Source: a virus (Duplodnaviria > Heunggongvirae > Uroviricota > Caudoviricetes). Taken from it: DNA of 17,285 nucleotides. Under the pieces are notes generated by a model, which had not been told where the DNA came from, did no database searches, and saw nothing but the letters and a program-made list of their open reading frames with translations. Each line of letters opens with the position of its first letter. The first letter of the stretch is position 1. Position numbers and translations under genes: made by a program. Of the stretch, positions 1-8,317 are shown in pieces. The stretch lies in IMG/VR virus record IMGVR_UViG_2698536369_000020; one strand, 5' to 3'.

Positions 1-981
1 ATGAACGCAATAATATCGCCCGATTATTACTATGTTCTTACCGTTGCTGGTCAGTCTAATGCCATGGCGTATGGCGAAGGACTGCCATTACCGGACAGGG
101 AAGATGCGCCTCATCCCAGAATTAAACAATTAGCGAGATTTGCGCATACGCATCCCGGAGGCCCGTCATGTCACTTTAACGACATTATTCCACTGACTCA
201 CTGCCCACACGATGTTCAGGATATGCAGGGTTATCACCATCCTCTGGCAACGAATCATCAAACACAGTACGGCACCGTTGGCCAGGCACTGCATATTGCA
301 CGGAAATTACTGCCCTTCATTCCTGATAATGCAGGGATTCTCATCGTTCCGTGTTGCCGTGGCGGATCGGCTTTTACCGCGGGTAGCGAAGGGACATATT
401 CAGAACGGCACGGAGCCAGCCATGATGCTTGTCGTTGGGGAACGGATACTCCGCTGTACCAGGATGTAGTCAGCAGAACGCGAGCCGCACTGGCAAAAAA
501 TCCGCAGAACAAATTCCTCGGCGTATGCTGGATGCAAGGCGAATTTGACTTAATGACCAGTGACTACGCGTCACACCCTCAACACTTTAATCATATGGTT
601 GAAGCCTTTCGTAGGGATCTAAAACAATACCATTCTCAGCTTAATAATATTACTGACGCGCCGTGGTTTTGCGGCGATACCACCTGGTACTGGAAAGAAA
701 ATTTCCCTCATGCGTATGAAGTTATTTATGGCAATTATCAAAATAATGTTTTAGCCAATATTATTTTCGTCGACTTCCAGCAACAAGGTGAAAGAGGACT
801 GACGAACGCGCCTGATGAAGACCCGGACGATTTAAGCACGGGATATTACGGTTCAGCGTACCGGTCACCGGAGAACTGGACGACGGCACTGCGAAGCAGT
901 CATTTCAGCTCAGCAGCCCGTCGGGGGATTATTTCTGACAAGTTTGTAGAAGCAATTTTGCAGTTTTGGCGCGAAAGGTGA
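1..981 (+). CDS. nanS: N-acetyl-9-O-acetylneuraminate esterase (SGNH-type sialate O-acetylesterase), 326 aa
   Basis: Full-length 326-aa ORF starting MNAIISPDYYYVLTVAGQSNAMAYGEG, with the GQSN esterase motif; I recognise it as E. coli YjhS/NanS, the last gene of the nanCMS operon, which lies on the far side of the leuX island in K-12. Identity is from memory, not alignment. Confidence 0.8.
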   Translation: MNAIISPDYYYVLTVAGQSNAMAYGEGLPLPDREDAPHPRIKQLARFAHTHPGGPSCHFNDIIPLTHCPHDVQDMQGYHHPLATNHQTQYGTVGQALHIARKLLPFIPDNAGILIVPCCRGGSAFTAGSEGTYSERHGASHDACRWGTDTPLYQDVVSRTRAALAKNPQNKFLGVCWMQGEFDLMTSDYASHPQHFNHMVEAFRRDLKQYHSQLNNITDAPWFCGDTTWYWKENFPHAYEVIYGNYQNNVLANIIFVDFQQQGERGLTNAPDEDPDDLSTGYYGSAYRSPENWTTALRSSHFSSAARRGIISDKFVEAILQFWRER

Positions 982-1192
982 GCGTTCATTAATTTGATTT
1001 ATTCGCATCCATCAGCGCTTTTAACTCCTCCGGCGTAAACGGTGGTTTGCGTCGGTACAACATCGCATGGCAATTAGGGCACACAGGCAGCAAAAAAACA
1101 AATGAGATCAAAGTAATATATCTTCACTTGCAGGCTTGAACAGCAGAAAATTTGCGAGCATGATCGCAATTATTTCACTGCCAGGGATATCA

Positions 1193-2065
1193 ATGGCTTC
1201 CAGTAAATCGCTACAGCAGGCAATTGCCAATATAAAAATCTGGCACAAGGGTGAACAGCGCGCGCCGCATAAGCCATTGTTATTGCTATACGTATTAGCG
1301 GGATACCTGCATGGACATCCGCGCCTTTTCGATTATGGCTCGGAAATCTACGAACCTCTGCACAGTTTACTGGAACGTTTTGGGCCACAGCGTTCACAGT
1401 ACCGACCTGATATGCCGTTCTGGCGATTACAAGGCGACGGATTCTGGCAATTACACAATGCCGAGCTTTGCTCAACAGCAGGGAGCAGCCGACAACCGCC
1501 AGTGAAGGAACTGAACGAATACCACGTTGCAGGCGGTTTCGATGAACAGCACTACGCCCTGGTAACCGGCAATAAAAAACTCATCAATACTCTGGCGCAA
1601 CAGATACTCGAAGCGCACTTCACCGAGAGTATTCAGGAAGAAATTGCTGACGAGCTGGGTTTTGATCTCCAGCAAATCCGTAAACAGCGCGACCCGTTAT
1701 TTCGCAAAAATGTATTACGTGCTTATAAATACCAGTGCGCGATATGTGGCTTTAATATGCGCCACGACGACACCACCGTCGCGCTGGAAGCGGCGCATAT
1801 AAAATGGAAACAGCACGGCGGTCCTTGTGAAATTCCTAATGGTCTGGCGCTTTGTGCAATACACCATAAAGCCTTTGATAAAGGATCGATTGGCCTGGAT
1901 GAAAATATGCGGGTACTGGTCTCGGATGCGGTAAACGGCGGAGGGATCGTTGAGAGATTATTCTGGGATTTTGACGGGAAAACTATTGCGTTGCCACAGG
2001 TGCGTAAAAATTACCCTTTTGAGGGGTTTGTGGAGTGGCATCGAAAAGAGGTTTTTAGGGGGTGA
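1193..2065 (+). CDS. HNH-family (HNH_2-like) endonuclease, possibly a modification-dependent restriction enzyme
   Basis: C-terminal motif block CAICGF...AAHIKW...NGLALCAIHHKAFDKG fits the HNH / HNH_2 nuclease signature (Cys pair, catalytic His, N..LC..HH..FD.G). N-terminal ~150 aa is a separate domain (HKPLLLLYVLAGY...). Start chosen at the ATG at 1193, which has an AGGGA Shine-Dalgarno ~6 nt upstream; the ORF track extends to a TTG at 1136. No adjacent methyltransferase. Confidence 0.6.
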   Translation: MASSKSLQQAIANIKIWHKGEQRAPHKPLLLLYVLAGYLHGHPRLFDYGSEIYEPLHSLLERFGPQRSQYRPDMPFWRLQGDGFWQLHNAELCSTAGSSRQPPVKELNEYHVAGGFDEQHYALVTGNKKLINTLAQQILEAHFTESIQEEIADELGFDLQQIRKQRDPLFRKNVLRAYKYQCAICGFNMRHDDTTVALEAAHIKWKQHGGPCEIPNGLALCAIHHKAFDKGSIGLDENMRVLVSDAVNGGGIVERLFWDFDGKTIALPQVRKNYPFEGFVEWHRKEVFRG

Positions 2066-2106
2066 GGTTGATAACTATCGCAGTATGTTCAATATTGCTG
2101 ACATAA

Positions 2107-2289
2107 TCAGTGCAGGATCTTGCCGCTAGTTTACAACTCGCCTTCGATAGCGGCGCAAAACGAGTTCTGTTGCCGATATCCTCGGCTATGGATATTCCAA
2201 CAGTTCCGGCAGAGTTGTTTACCAAGTTTCAGGTAAGTTTTTACTCAGAACCGGTTGATGCGGTTTATAAGGCGCTGGATGTGAATTAA
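2107..2289 (+). pseudogene. Start-less C-terminal remnant of a Lon-protease-like gene (BrxL-like?)
   Basis: Open frame without a start codon encodes ...LQLAFDSGAKRVLLPISSAMDIPTVPAELFTKFQVSFYSEPVDAVYKALDVN*, which matches the pattern of the extreme C-terminus of Lon-type protease domains (A..GiK.VLlP..n..dl..iP......l.v.fv..v.ea....AL). Too short for the ORF track; sits just downstream of the HNH gene. Confidence 0.35.
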
Positions 2290-2621
2290 CACATTCCTCA
2301 GCTTATTTACAAAAGGATTATTCCCATTTGATATAATATCAGTGCCAATTTACTTTTTTCAATGGAATATATCTCGGCTAAATAACAATAAAACTTATCG
2401 CTAATGGATTAAATAAACAATTTTCTAATTCATTTCACCACCTTTGATATAGAAATTGATGGTGTTGTCGCTGCCATTGCTTATGGTGATGATAAAATCC
2501 ACGTTTCTGGATCGTTGCGTAGAAAATCATCACTACCTTGATATTTTGATGCGATATGATCATACCGTTCCGTAGTACCAATTTCAATTTCAGGCTAACC
2601 CCCAACATTAAAAAAATTAGA

Positions 2622-2665
2622 GTTATTCACTAATTATATTATCAATAATATAATCAGTGAATAAC
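2622..2665 (-). terminator. Long imperfect palindrome downstream of the two-gene operon, putative rho-independent terminator
   Basis: GTTATTCACT...(24-nt AT palindromic loop)...AGTGAATAAC gives 10-bp perfect arms, 23 nt past the stop of the 246-aa gene; on the minus strand it is followed within ~10 nt by a T7 run. Confidence 0.4.
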
Positions 2666-2687
2666 ATGGACTATATAATAAATTGCT

Positions 2688-3428
2688 CTAATCATTTCCC
2701 TTACGAATATATGGGCCAAAAGCCCAAGAATCATAATAAGGGTGATGGACTAGTTTTTCATTAAATCGAACACTATAAGTTAATTTTTTTATATTTTTAC
2801 GTACAGCATTAATACTGGGCAAAGAGGAAAGATAATCTATAAACTTATCGATAGTGATTTCCCCTTCGCAACACTCAAACCCATCAATGATATTTTTCGC
2901 CATTTTTCCATTTTCATTTTTTTGATATATCACTCCAGGTATTCGTTGAAAAAAACTAGATAATGCATATTTGTCCGCTACATATGTATCATCCACATGA
3001 TATTTCCCACCGAGCATAGTTGTAGTAACAATAAGCTTATACACACCTTTGGGTTGCCATGTTGATGGTAGTTCGAATTCTTTAATGATCACATCAAGAT
3101 GATTAAGATAATGTTCAGAAATTCGATTTATTTGTTGAAAATAAGAACGCATAAATTTATTATTATGATCATGTATTAATGAGCTATCTCCAACGATGTT
3201 ACACACTTGCTGATAGTACTTACCATAATATATTGGTTGACCATTTGATTTTAGTTCTGTAAAAATCAAACAATCATCCAGGAGAATCACGCAATCGCAC
3301 TGATAATTAGCATAAACATCAATTGGAGGAGCTTTAATCCCCGCATCACGAACTTGTTTTATAAATTGTTGCTCATGAAATCGCCCTTTACTTGCTTGAG
3401 AAATTTTTTTGGAACCAAATAATGACAT
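2688..3428 (-). CDS. Hypothetical protein with NERD / PD-(D/E)xK-like nuclease signature, 246 aa (distal gene of two-gene operon)
   Basis: N-terminal region GRFHEQQ...VYANYQCDCVILLDDCLIFTELKSNGQPIYYG fits the NERD-type layout (G..xE, then acidic residue, hydrophobic strand, E-x-K). Its ATG overlaps the stop of the upstream gene (TAATG at 3426-3430), indicating translational coupling. Strongly AT-rich. Confidence 0.55.
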   Translation of the reverse strand: MSLFGSKKISQASKGRFHEQQFIKQVRDAGIKAPPIDVYANYQCDCVILLDDCLIFTELKSNGQPIYYGKYYQQVCNIVGDSSLIHDHNNKFMRSYFQQINRISEHYLNHLDVIIKEFELPSTWQPKGVYKLIVTTTMLGGKYHVDDTYVADKYALSSFFQRIPGVIYQKNENGKMAKNIIDGFECCEGEITIDKFIDYLSSLPSINAVRKNIKKLTYSVRFNEKLVHHPYYDSWAFGPYIRKGND

Positions 3429-4726
3429 TAGACTGAGCTATTTGCTATTAATGCAGGCATTAAGCATAAACCGTCCATACAGGGAATAAATGGGCAATCA
3501 TTAAGATCATGTGATTTTGAATTGAAGGTAAAATAATCTATCAGTTTTTTTGCTGCATCTGCTGCAATCCCCTTACGTTGAAAGAATGATAACCAACTCT
3601 CACGGCTTTTTATGATCAGCCAGCGATCCAACTGTAGGGGTATAGGTTTTGTCGATGAAAATCTTTTGCTCATTTCTTCTTTAGATAACTCGACTAAACA
3701 TTGATAAGCGTGCACCCAATTAAATAATGATATATTCCCATATTCTTCATGAAGGTCATCAGGAGACATATTTTCCAACTCGCTTAGATGAAATGAGCTA
3801 AAAACGCCATCAGAATTTAAGTAAGATGGCATATGATCCTTTACCCAACTATTTAGATGAAAATGTTTGTTACTAAATTCATGAACTTCGCTATATAGAT
3901 GTGACGCTCTCATCATTAGTCTATTTCTTGCAATCTCATAATCTCGGTATAAACAAAAACTATCAACCTCAAGAGAGTAAATGTTATTATCCAATTTTGT
4001 AAATACTGCACTACTTAGTCTGAAAAAGTCTCTTACTCTGCTTAATGAGTCAAAAACATTCCACTCATTAAGGTACCCTCCCATTGAAAGCAAGGTTTGT
4101 TTATTCACACAAGAAGTTAGTTTCAATGGCCCATGAGTCCGTAAATAAGAAAATATTCTTCCGGTGTAATTGGCTACCTCATCAAATGCCCTATCGATAA
4201 CTCGAAAATATTCGATATCAGGTTCAGCATGAATATTAATATTTTCAGAAACGATAAATAATGGAAAAATCCTCTTCATTTTTTTAGGATCATTGACCAC
4301 AACCAAGGATGATAATGATGATAAAAACATCTCACAAAACATGATGAGATTAAGTATTAATGCATGTGATTTTTTTGTGTTTTTACGCCAAATACCAGCA
4401 CATTTTGTAGCCGCAAAAAAAGAATTATTGATATCATGCATAATTTTACATTGACTCTCGAACTCAGAGATTAGTTCAATGTTATCAGGAAATGAGTTTA
4501 CTAGCTCATTAATACATTTTTTGAATGTATTGTTATACTCAACTTCAGTCTGAACTGAAAATCTATTATAATAGATGGAAGATATTCTCAGCACATCCAA
4601 GGCGATATCTATACTAATATCATCTCTTTTTATGTACTCACAAAAAAAAGAACAAAACTGTTTCGGGTCGTTAGCAAGATTACTGATTCTAGTGGTATCA
4701 TAAACTTTTTCCATTTTTCCATACAT
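3428..4726 (-). CDS. Hypothetical protein, 432 aa, no recognisable family (proximal gene of two-gene operon)
   Basis: Long uninterrupted ORF in strongly AT-rich DNA; no Walker A, HNH, PD-(D/E)xK or other motif that I can recognise; one ~23-residue hydrophobic stretch (HALILNLIMFCEMFLSSLSSLVVV). A second in-frame ATG four codons downstream has the AGGA box at a more plausible spacing (~11 nt). Confidence 0.55.
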   Translation of the reverse strand: MYGKMEKVYDTTRISNLANDPKQFCSFFCEYIKRDDISIDIALDVLRISSIYYNRFSVQTEVEYNNTFKKCINELVNSFPDNIELISEFESQCKIMHDINNSFFAATKCAGIWRKNTKKSHALILNLIMFCEMFLSSLSSLVVVNDPKKMKRIFPLFIVSENINIHAEPDIEYFRVIDRAFDEVANYTGRIFSYLRTHGPLKLTSCVNKQTLLSMGGYLNEWNVFDSLSRVRDFFRLSSAVFTKLDNNIYSLEVDSFCLYRDYEIARNRLMMRASHLYSEVHEFSNKHFHLNSWVKDHMPSYLNSDGVFSSFHLSELENMSPDDLHEEYGNISLFNWVHAYQCLVELSKEEMSKRFSSTKPIPLQLDRWLIIKSRESWLSFFQRKGIAADAAKKLIDYFTFNSKSHDLNDCPFIPCMDGLCLMPALIANSSV

Positions 4727-5403
4727 CCTATTGTCTAAATTACTATAAAACTAGCCACTTAACTAATAATTATAAATTTCATCTTTTACACCTTGCATTT
4801 TTATAACCAATGAAATCTACAACAAGCAACTGATGGATAATACGATATTGGTCGCATTTAATGGCATGGTAGCAAAGTTTTCATCACATACCTCCTTTGC
4901 ACCAGAATAAACGCCAGAGACCTGAAATTGCGAGTACACTACAGAAATTGTACTGCCGGTCCCATCAGCATAAAACCATAGTTACACAGGTAATCATCAT
5001 TATTCGCCAAGATAATAAATATTATTCAGTAGAATAGCGTTCTCAGGTGGTCAGTAAAATTGTCTTCAACAAGATGTCTGCGCATCTCGTCTGCTAGCCC
5101 TACATAACTGCTCTCGACCGAAACTATTTATTGAATATTCACCAAGGTGGGCGTGGAGACAAAATGACGTCTTTTGATATTAGCTACCTGAGCCACATGG
5201 TCAAAACGTTCAAATAGCATAGCGAAACCACCCTGCCCACGTAATGTGGACGATGCAGCTTCCAGCCAGAGCAAACTTGGGACCATCGACTACAAAATGA
5301 AGAATACTGAACTGCTTTTCTGGCAGGCCTATATACTGCACGGATATGGGTGATTTCAGACACAAAAAAAGCCGCTCTTGAGCGACTCGATTTGCATACG
5401 GTG

Positions 5404-5422
5404 TGGTGCGAAGGCCGGACTC
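5404..5422. repeat. attR: 19-bp direct repeat of the leuX 3' end (P4-type att core)
   Basis: TGGTGCGAAGGCCGGACTC at 5404-5422 versus TGGTGCCGAAGGCCGGACTC at 17080-17099 inside the tRNA 3' end (one C missing). The two copies bracket the whole P4-like gene set. Confidence 0.7.
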
Positions 5423-5476
5423 AAATATCAAAATAAGTCAATGATAAAAAACAAATAATAAAAAACAAAAATGAAA

Positions 5477-5497
5477 TATGCCCCCTTTTGTGCCCCC
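5477..5497. repeat. Two TGCCCCC motifs near attR, candidate integrase arm-type binding sites
   Basis: ATATGCCCCC ttttg TGCCCCCA; the same heptamer recurs three times next to attL/int start (16918-16964). Confidence 0.3.
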
Positions 5498-5567
5498 ATT
5501 GTTTTTCTGACCAATCTATTTTCAACCCATCAACAAATCGGAAAGTTAACTAATTTTTAATCAGTGA

Positions 5568-5594
5568 GTTTGGATCCGTAGCTCGGATCCAAAC
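5568..5594. other. Perfect hairpin: 11-bp stem, 5-nt loop
   Basis: GTTTGGATCCG tagct CGGATCCAAAC; located between attR and the crr-like repeats; no adjacent U-run typical of an intrinsic terminator. Confidence 0.4.
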
Positions 5595-5620
5595 CAGTGC
5601 ATCTTTTACCCACATAAAAA

Positions 5621-5915
5621 ATTTTTTTTCGGAAGAACTGTTCACACTGTTCACCCTTTGATTTTCTCCTTTTATTTCAGAGTAATAGATGGTGAATAAT
5701 GGGTGAAGGGTGAACATTCGATTCTTCACCTCCGGCATTCTGCCGATGTGACTTGTGCAGGGGATTAATCCTCCGCACTGAAATCACACAGGGAGAAAAA
5801 AGTTTTTTTTGATTTGATTGTTCACACTGTTCACCTTTCGTTTTTCTCTTTTAATTTCAGTGTGATAACGGGTGAATATACGGTGAAGGGTGAACAGTGG
5901 ATTGTTCACCTGCGG
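5621..5915. repeat. crr-like region: two ~120-bp direct repeats, each carrying TGTTCACC-type iterons
   Basis: Unit 1 ~5621-5745 and unit 2 ~5797-5915 both read A6-T8, TGTTCACACTGTTCACC, ~50 nt, GGTGAAnnnnGGTGAAGGGTGAACA, TTCACC. Lies immediately downstream of the alpha gene. Matches my recollection that P4 crr is two 120-bp direct repeats with type-I iterons bound by alpha protein. Confidence 0.6.
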
Positions 5916-5969
5916 GGAATTCAGGGATAAAAAAAGACCGGCAGATGCCGGTCAGGTGGGTCATGAGGG

Positions 5970-8303
5970 TCAGGTTGTTGCAGGGTCGTCACATTTTGGC
6001 AGCCAGTCGCCGTAGCTTTCCTCTTTCAGCGTCAGGTTGGTCTGTATCCCCTGTTTGGTATGGCGCTTCTCGTAATTCAGTCCGTATTCCTTCAGCATCA
6101 CCGGCAGCCCCAGCCCGAACATTTTCAGACTGAGTACATTCCGGTAGCCGTTTGCCTCCATGTAGGCCAGATAGGCGTGATAGAGGTATTTACGGTAATT
6201 ACGCGGGATGATACTGGCGTTCCCCATATACATGCCGCTGGTCTGCGGCAGGGTTTCCAGATAGCCGATAAAATCAAACGTCGGGTCGGCATCCCGTTTG
6301 ATGTTCAGTGCCTCGTCTGAGTTCTGCTGGGACTGAAGCAGTGACCGGGCGAGCATCGGGTCGCTGAACTTCTGCATCAGGTGACGCACGATGACCGCCA
6401 GCTCGCGGGTGATTTTGTCCTTAAGCTGCGGGTCGCGCTCCTGCGGGGCTATCTGTTCCGGGAAGTGAATAATCACCCGCCGGCGTGACACGCCGCCGCT
6501 GCGGTCGGTGAAGCGCATCGGGTTATTGTTGACGGCCAGAATCACCGCCGGGATATGCGTGGAGTACGCATCCCGGTATTTCGGGTCAACGGACACCGCA
6601 TCGCCGCCGGTGATGGCCTTGAGTCCGGCTCCGTCGCCGCTCCATTTTTCCTGGTCCGGCAGGCGTATCAGTGAGAAGCCAGTTAACGCGGCACGTTCAC
6701 GCGGGGATTCCAGCGTCTCGATGGTGGCCGACGTGGCGTTATCCTCCCCGGCCAGCAGGGTGGCTATTTCGGCCATGATACTTTTGCCGCTGCCGCCGGG
6801 ACCGGTCACCTCCAGAAAGAGCTGCCAGTCGTAGCGGTTTGCCAGCACCATAAACAGTGCGGCCAGAATCACGTCGCGTTTTTCCGCACGACCACCGGCG
6901 GCACGGTCAAGCCAGCGCCAGAACGCGGGAGCGTGGGTTTCCAGCATTTCCCCTTCCACCGGCGGGGTGAAATCCACATCGCACAGGGTGCGCATCCAGT
7001 GTGACGGACTGTGCGGGTGGAACGAGCCGTTCTGCGTGTCGAGCACGCCGTTACGAAAGCCAATCAGGCGGCGGGAGGGGGCTTCCTGCTGCGGAATAAT
7101 CAGCTTCAGGGTGTCCACCACGGAGGCCACCTTCCCGGAGGAGAACGGCGCGCGCAGCCGCTGAAACAGCCCGGCCACATCCCGGGCAAAGTCCTGTGGT
7201 GGCAGCACCTTCCAGACACCATTTTCATAACGGGACAGAAGCTGGCCGTTGGCATCGACCGCGAGCGCCTCGCCGTAATGCTCATAGATACGCATGGCCT
7301 TTTCGCTGGTACTCATGGCGGAAAACTCCGCTTCACTCATGGTGTCGAACGGGCTTTCAGCCGGTGGCCGGATGGCATCGTAAATGGCCTTACGGGTGGC
7401 CTCCCCGCCGTACTGCGTGAAGGCATCATTCCAGTCACCGAAGACCGGTGGCAGGGCAACAACACCTTCACACGCATCTGCGGCTGCGGCGGCTTTTTTC
7501 TGGCCGTCACCGCTGAGGTCACGGTCAGCAGCAAGGACAATCTGACAGGCCGGATGCTTCTGCCGGGCAAGGCTGGCCAGAGAAAGGAGGTTCACGGAAG
7601 AAAGCGCCACCATCACCGTTTCACCGGTCAGGTGATGTACGGTAAGTGCGGTCGCGTATCCCTCCGCTATCCACAGACGTTTTCCGGCCTGATTCTGTCC
7701 TTCAAGGGTGTGACAGGTGCCCCTGACCTGTCCGCCTTTCAGGGTGCGCTTACGGCCGTCAGCACTGATTAACTGAAGGTTAACCAGTTCGCCGCTGTCG
7801 TCATACAGTGGCACCACAAGGTCACCGGCGCGCCAGCTCACGCCACCGGCTCTGTGTGTGCCGGTCAGCATCCGGCATTCCCGGCCGGGAAAGCCCTTGC
7901 GGGTCAGGTAGGCGTTACCGGTTCCGGGACGGGTTTTTGCCATCAGGGTTTGTGCCAGTGCGGCGGCGTTCTTCCGGGCGGCTTCTGTTTCAGCACCGGC
8001 GGCGGCCGTCACTGTCGGGTCAGCCGGGGGCAGGCTGCCGGTCACGGCAGCCACCTTTGCGGCCGCGTCGGACGGAGAGACACCAAACACCTTTTCAACC
8101 AGTTTCAGGCCGTCACCGGCACCACACTGATTGCAGTACCAGGTGCCGCGCCCCTCCCTGTCATCAAAACGGAAGCGGTCACTCCCGCCACAGACCGGAC
8201 AGGGCTGATGACGGTTTTTCAGCACCTGAATCCCCAGCGCCGGGAGAATACGCGGCCAGTGGCCGAGCGCATGGCTGACGGTGGCGGTTACGTTCATTTT
8301 CAT
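5970..8303 (-). CDS. P4 alpha-like primase-helicase, 777 aa
   Basis: N-terminal zinc-binding primase motif CPVCGGSDRFRFDD...GTWYCNQCGAGDG, central TOPRIM-like region, C-terminal Walker A GPGGSGKS; length equals that recalled for P4 alpha. Confidence 0.85.
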   Translation of the reverse strand: MKMNVTATVSHALGHWPRILPALGIQVLKNRHQPCPVCGGSDRFRFDDREGRGTWYCNQCGAGDGLKLVEKVFGVSPSDAAAKVAAVTGSLPPADPTVTAAAGAETEAARKNAAALAQTLMAKTRPGTGNAYLTRKGFPGRECRMLTGTHRAGGVSWRAGDLVVPLYDDSGELVNLQLISADGRKRTLKGGQVRGTCHTLEGQNQAGKRLWIAEGYATALTVHHLTGETVMVALSSVNLLSLASLARQKHPACQIVLAADRDLSGDGQKKAAAAADACEGVVALPPVFGDWNDAFTQYGGEATRKAIYDAIRPPAESPFDTMSEAEFSAMSTSEKAMRIYEHYGEALAVDANGQLLSRYENGVWKVLPPQDFARDVAGLFQRLRAPFSSGKVASVVDTLKLIIPQQEAPSRRLIGFRNGVLDTQNGSFHPHSPSHWMRTLCDVDFTPPVEGEMLETHAPAFWRWLDRAAGGRAEKRDVILAALFMVLANRYDWQLFLEVTGPGGSGKSIMAEIATLLAGEDNATSATIETLESPRERAALTGFSLIRLPDQEKWSGDGAGLKAITGGDAVSVDPKYRDAYSTHIPAVILAVNNNPMRFTDRSGGVSRRRVIIHFPEQIAPQERDPQLKDKITRELAVIVRHLMQKFSDPMLARSLLQSQQNSDEALNIKRDADPTFDFIGYLETLPQTSGMYMGNASIIPRNYRKYLYHAYLAYMEANGYRNVLSLKMFGLGLPVMLKEYGLNYEKRHTKQGIQTNLTLKEESYGDWLPKCDDPATT

Positions 8304-8317
8304 GGTGTTGTTCTCCT

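Noticed and set aside
212-512. Short ORFs 212-469 (+) and 258-512 (-) inside nanS
   Set aside because: Alternative-frame and antisense ORFs within a confidently identified full-length gene.
1136-1192. Upstream TTG (1136) or ATG (1160) as the start of the HNH gene
   Set aside because: Neither has a recognisable Shine-Dalgarno sequence, whereas the ATG at 1193 has AGGGA at suitable spacing; the longer N-terminus adds only a hydrophobic, signal-like stretch of doubtful reality. Not fully excluded.
5550-5738. 62-aa minus-strand ORF within the crr-like repeat region, and 73-aa ORF 5210-5431 across attR
   Set aside because: Both lie in repeat or att DNA, lack ribosome-binding sites, and are better explained as non-coding cis elements.
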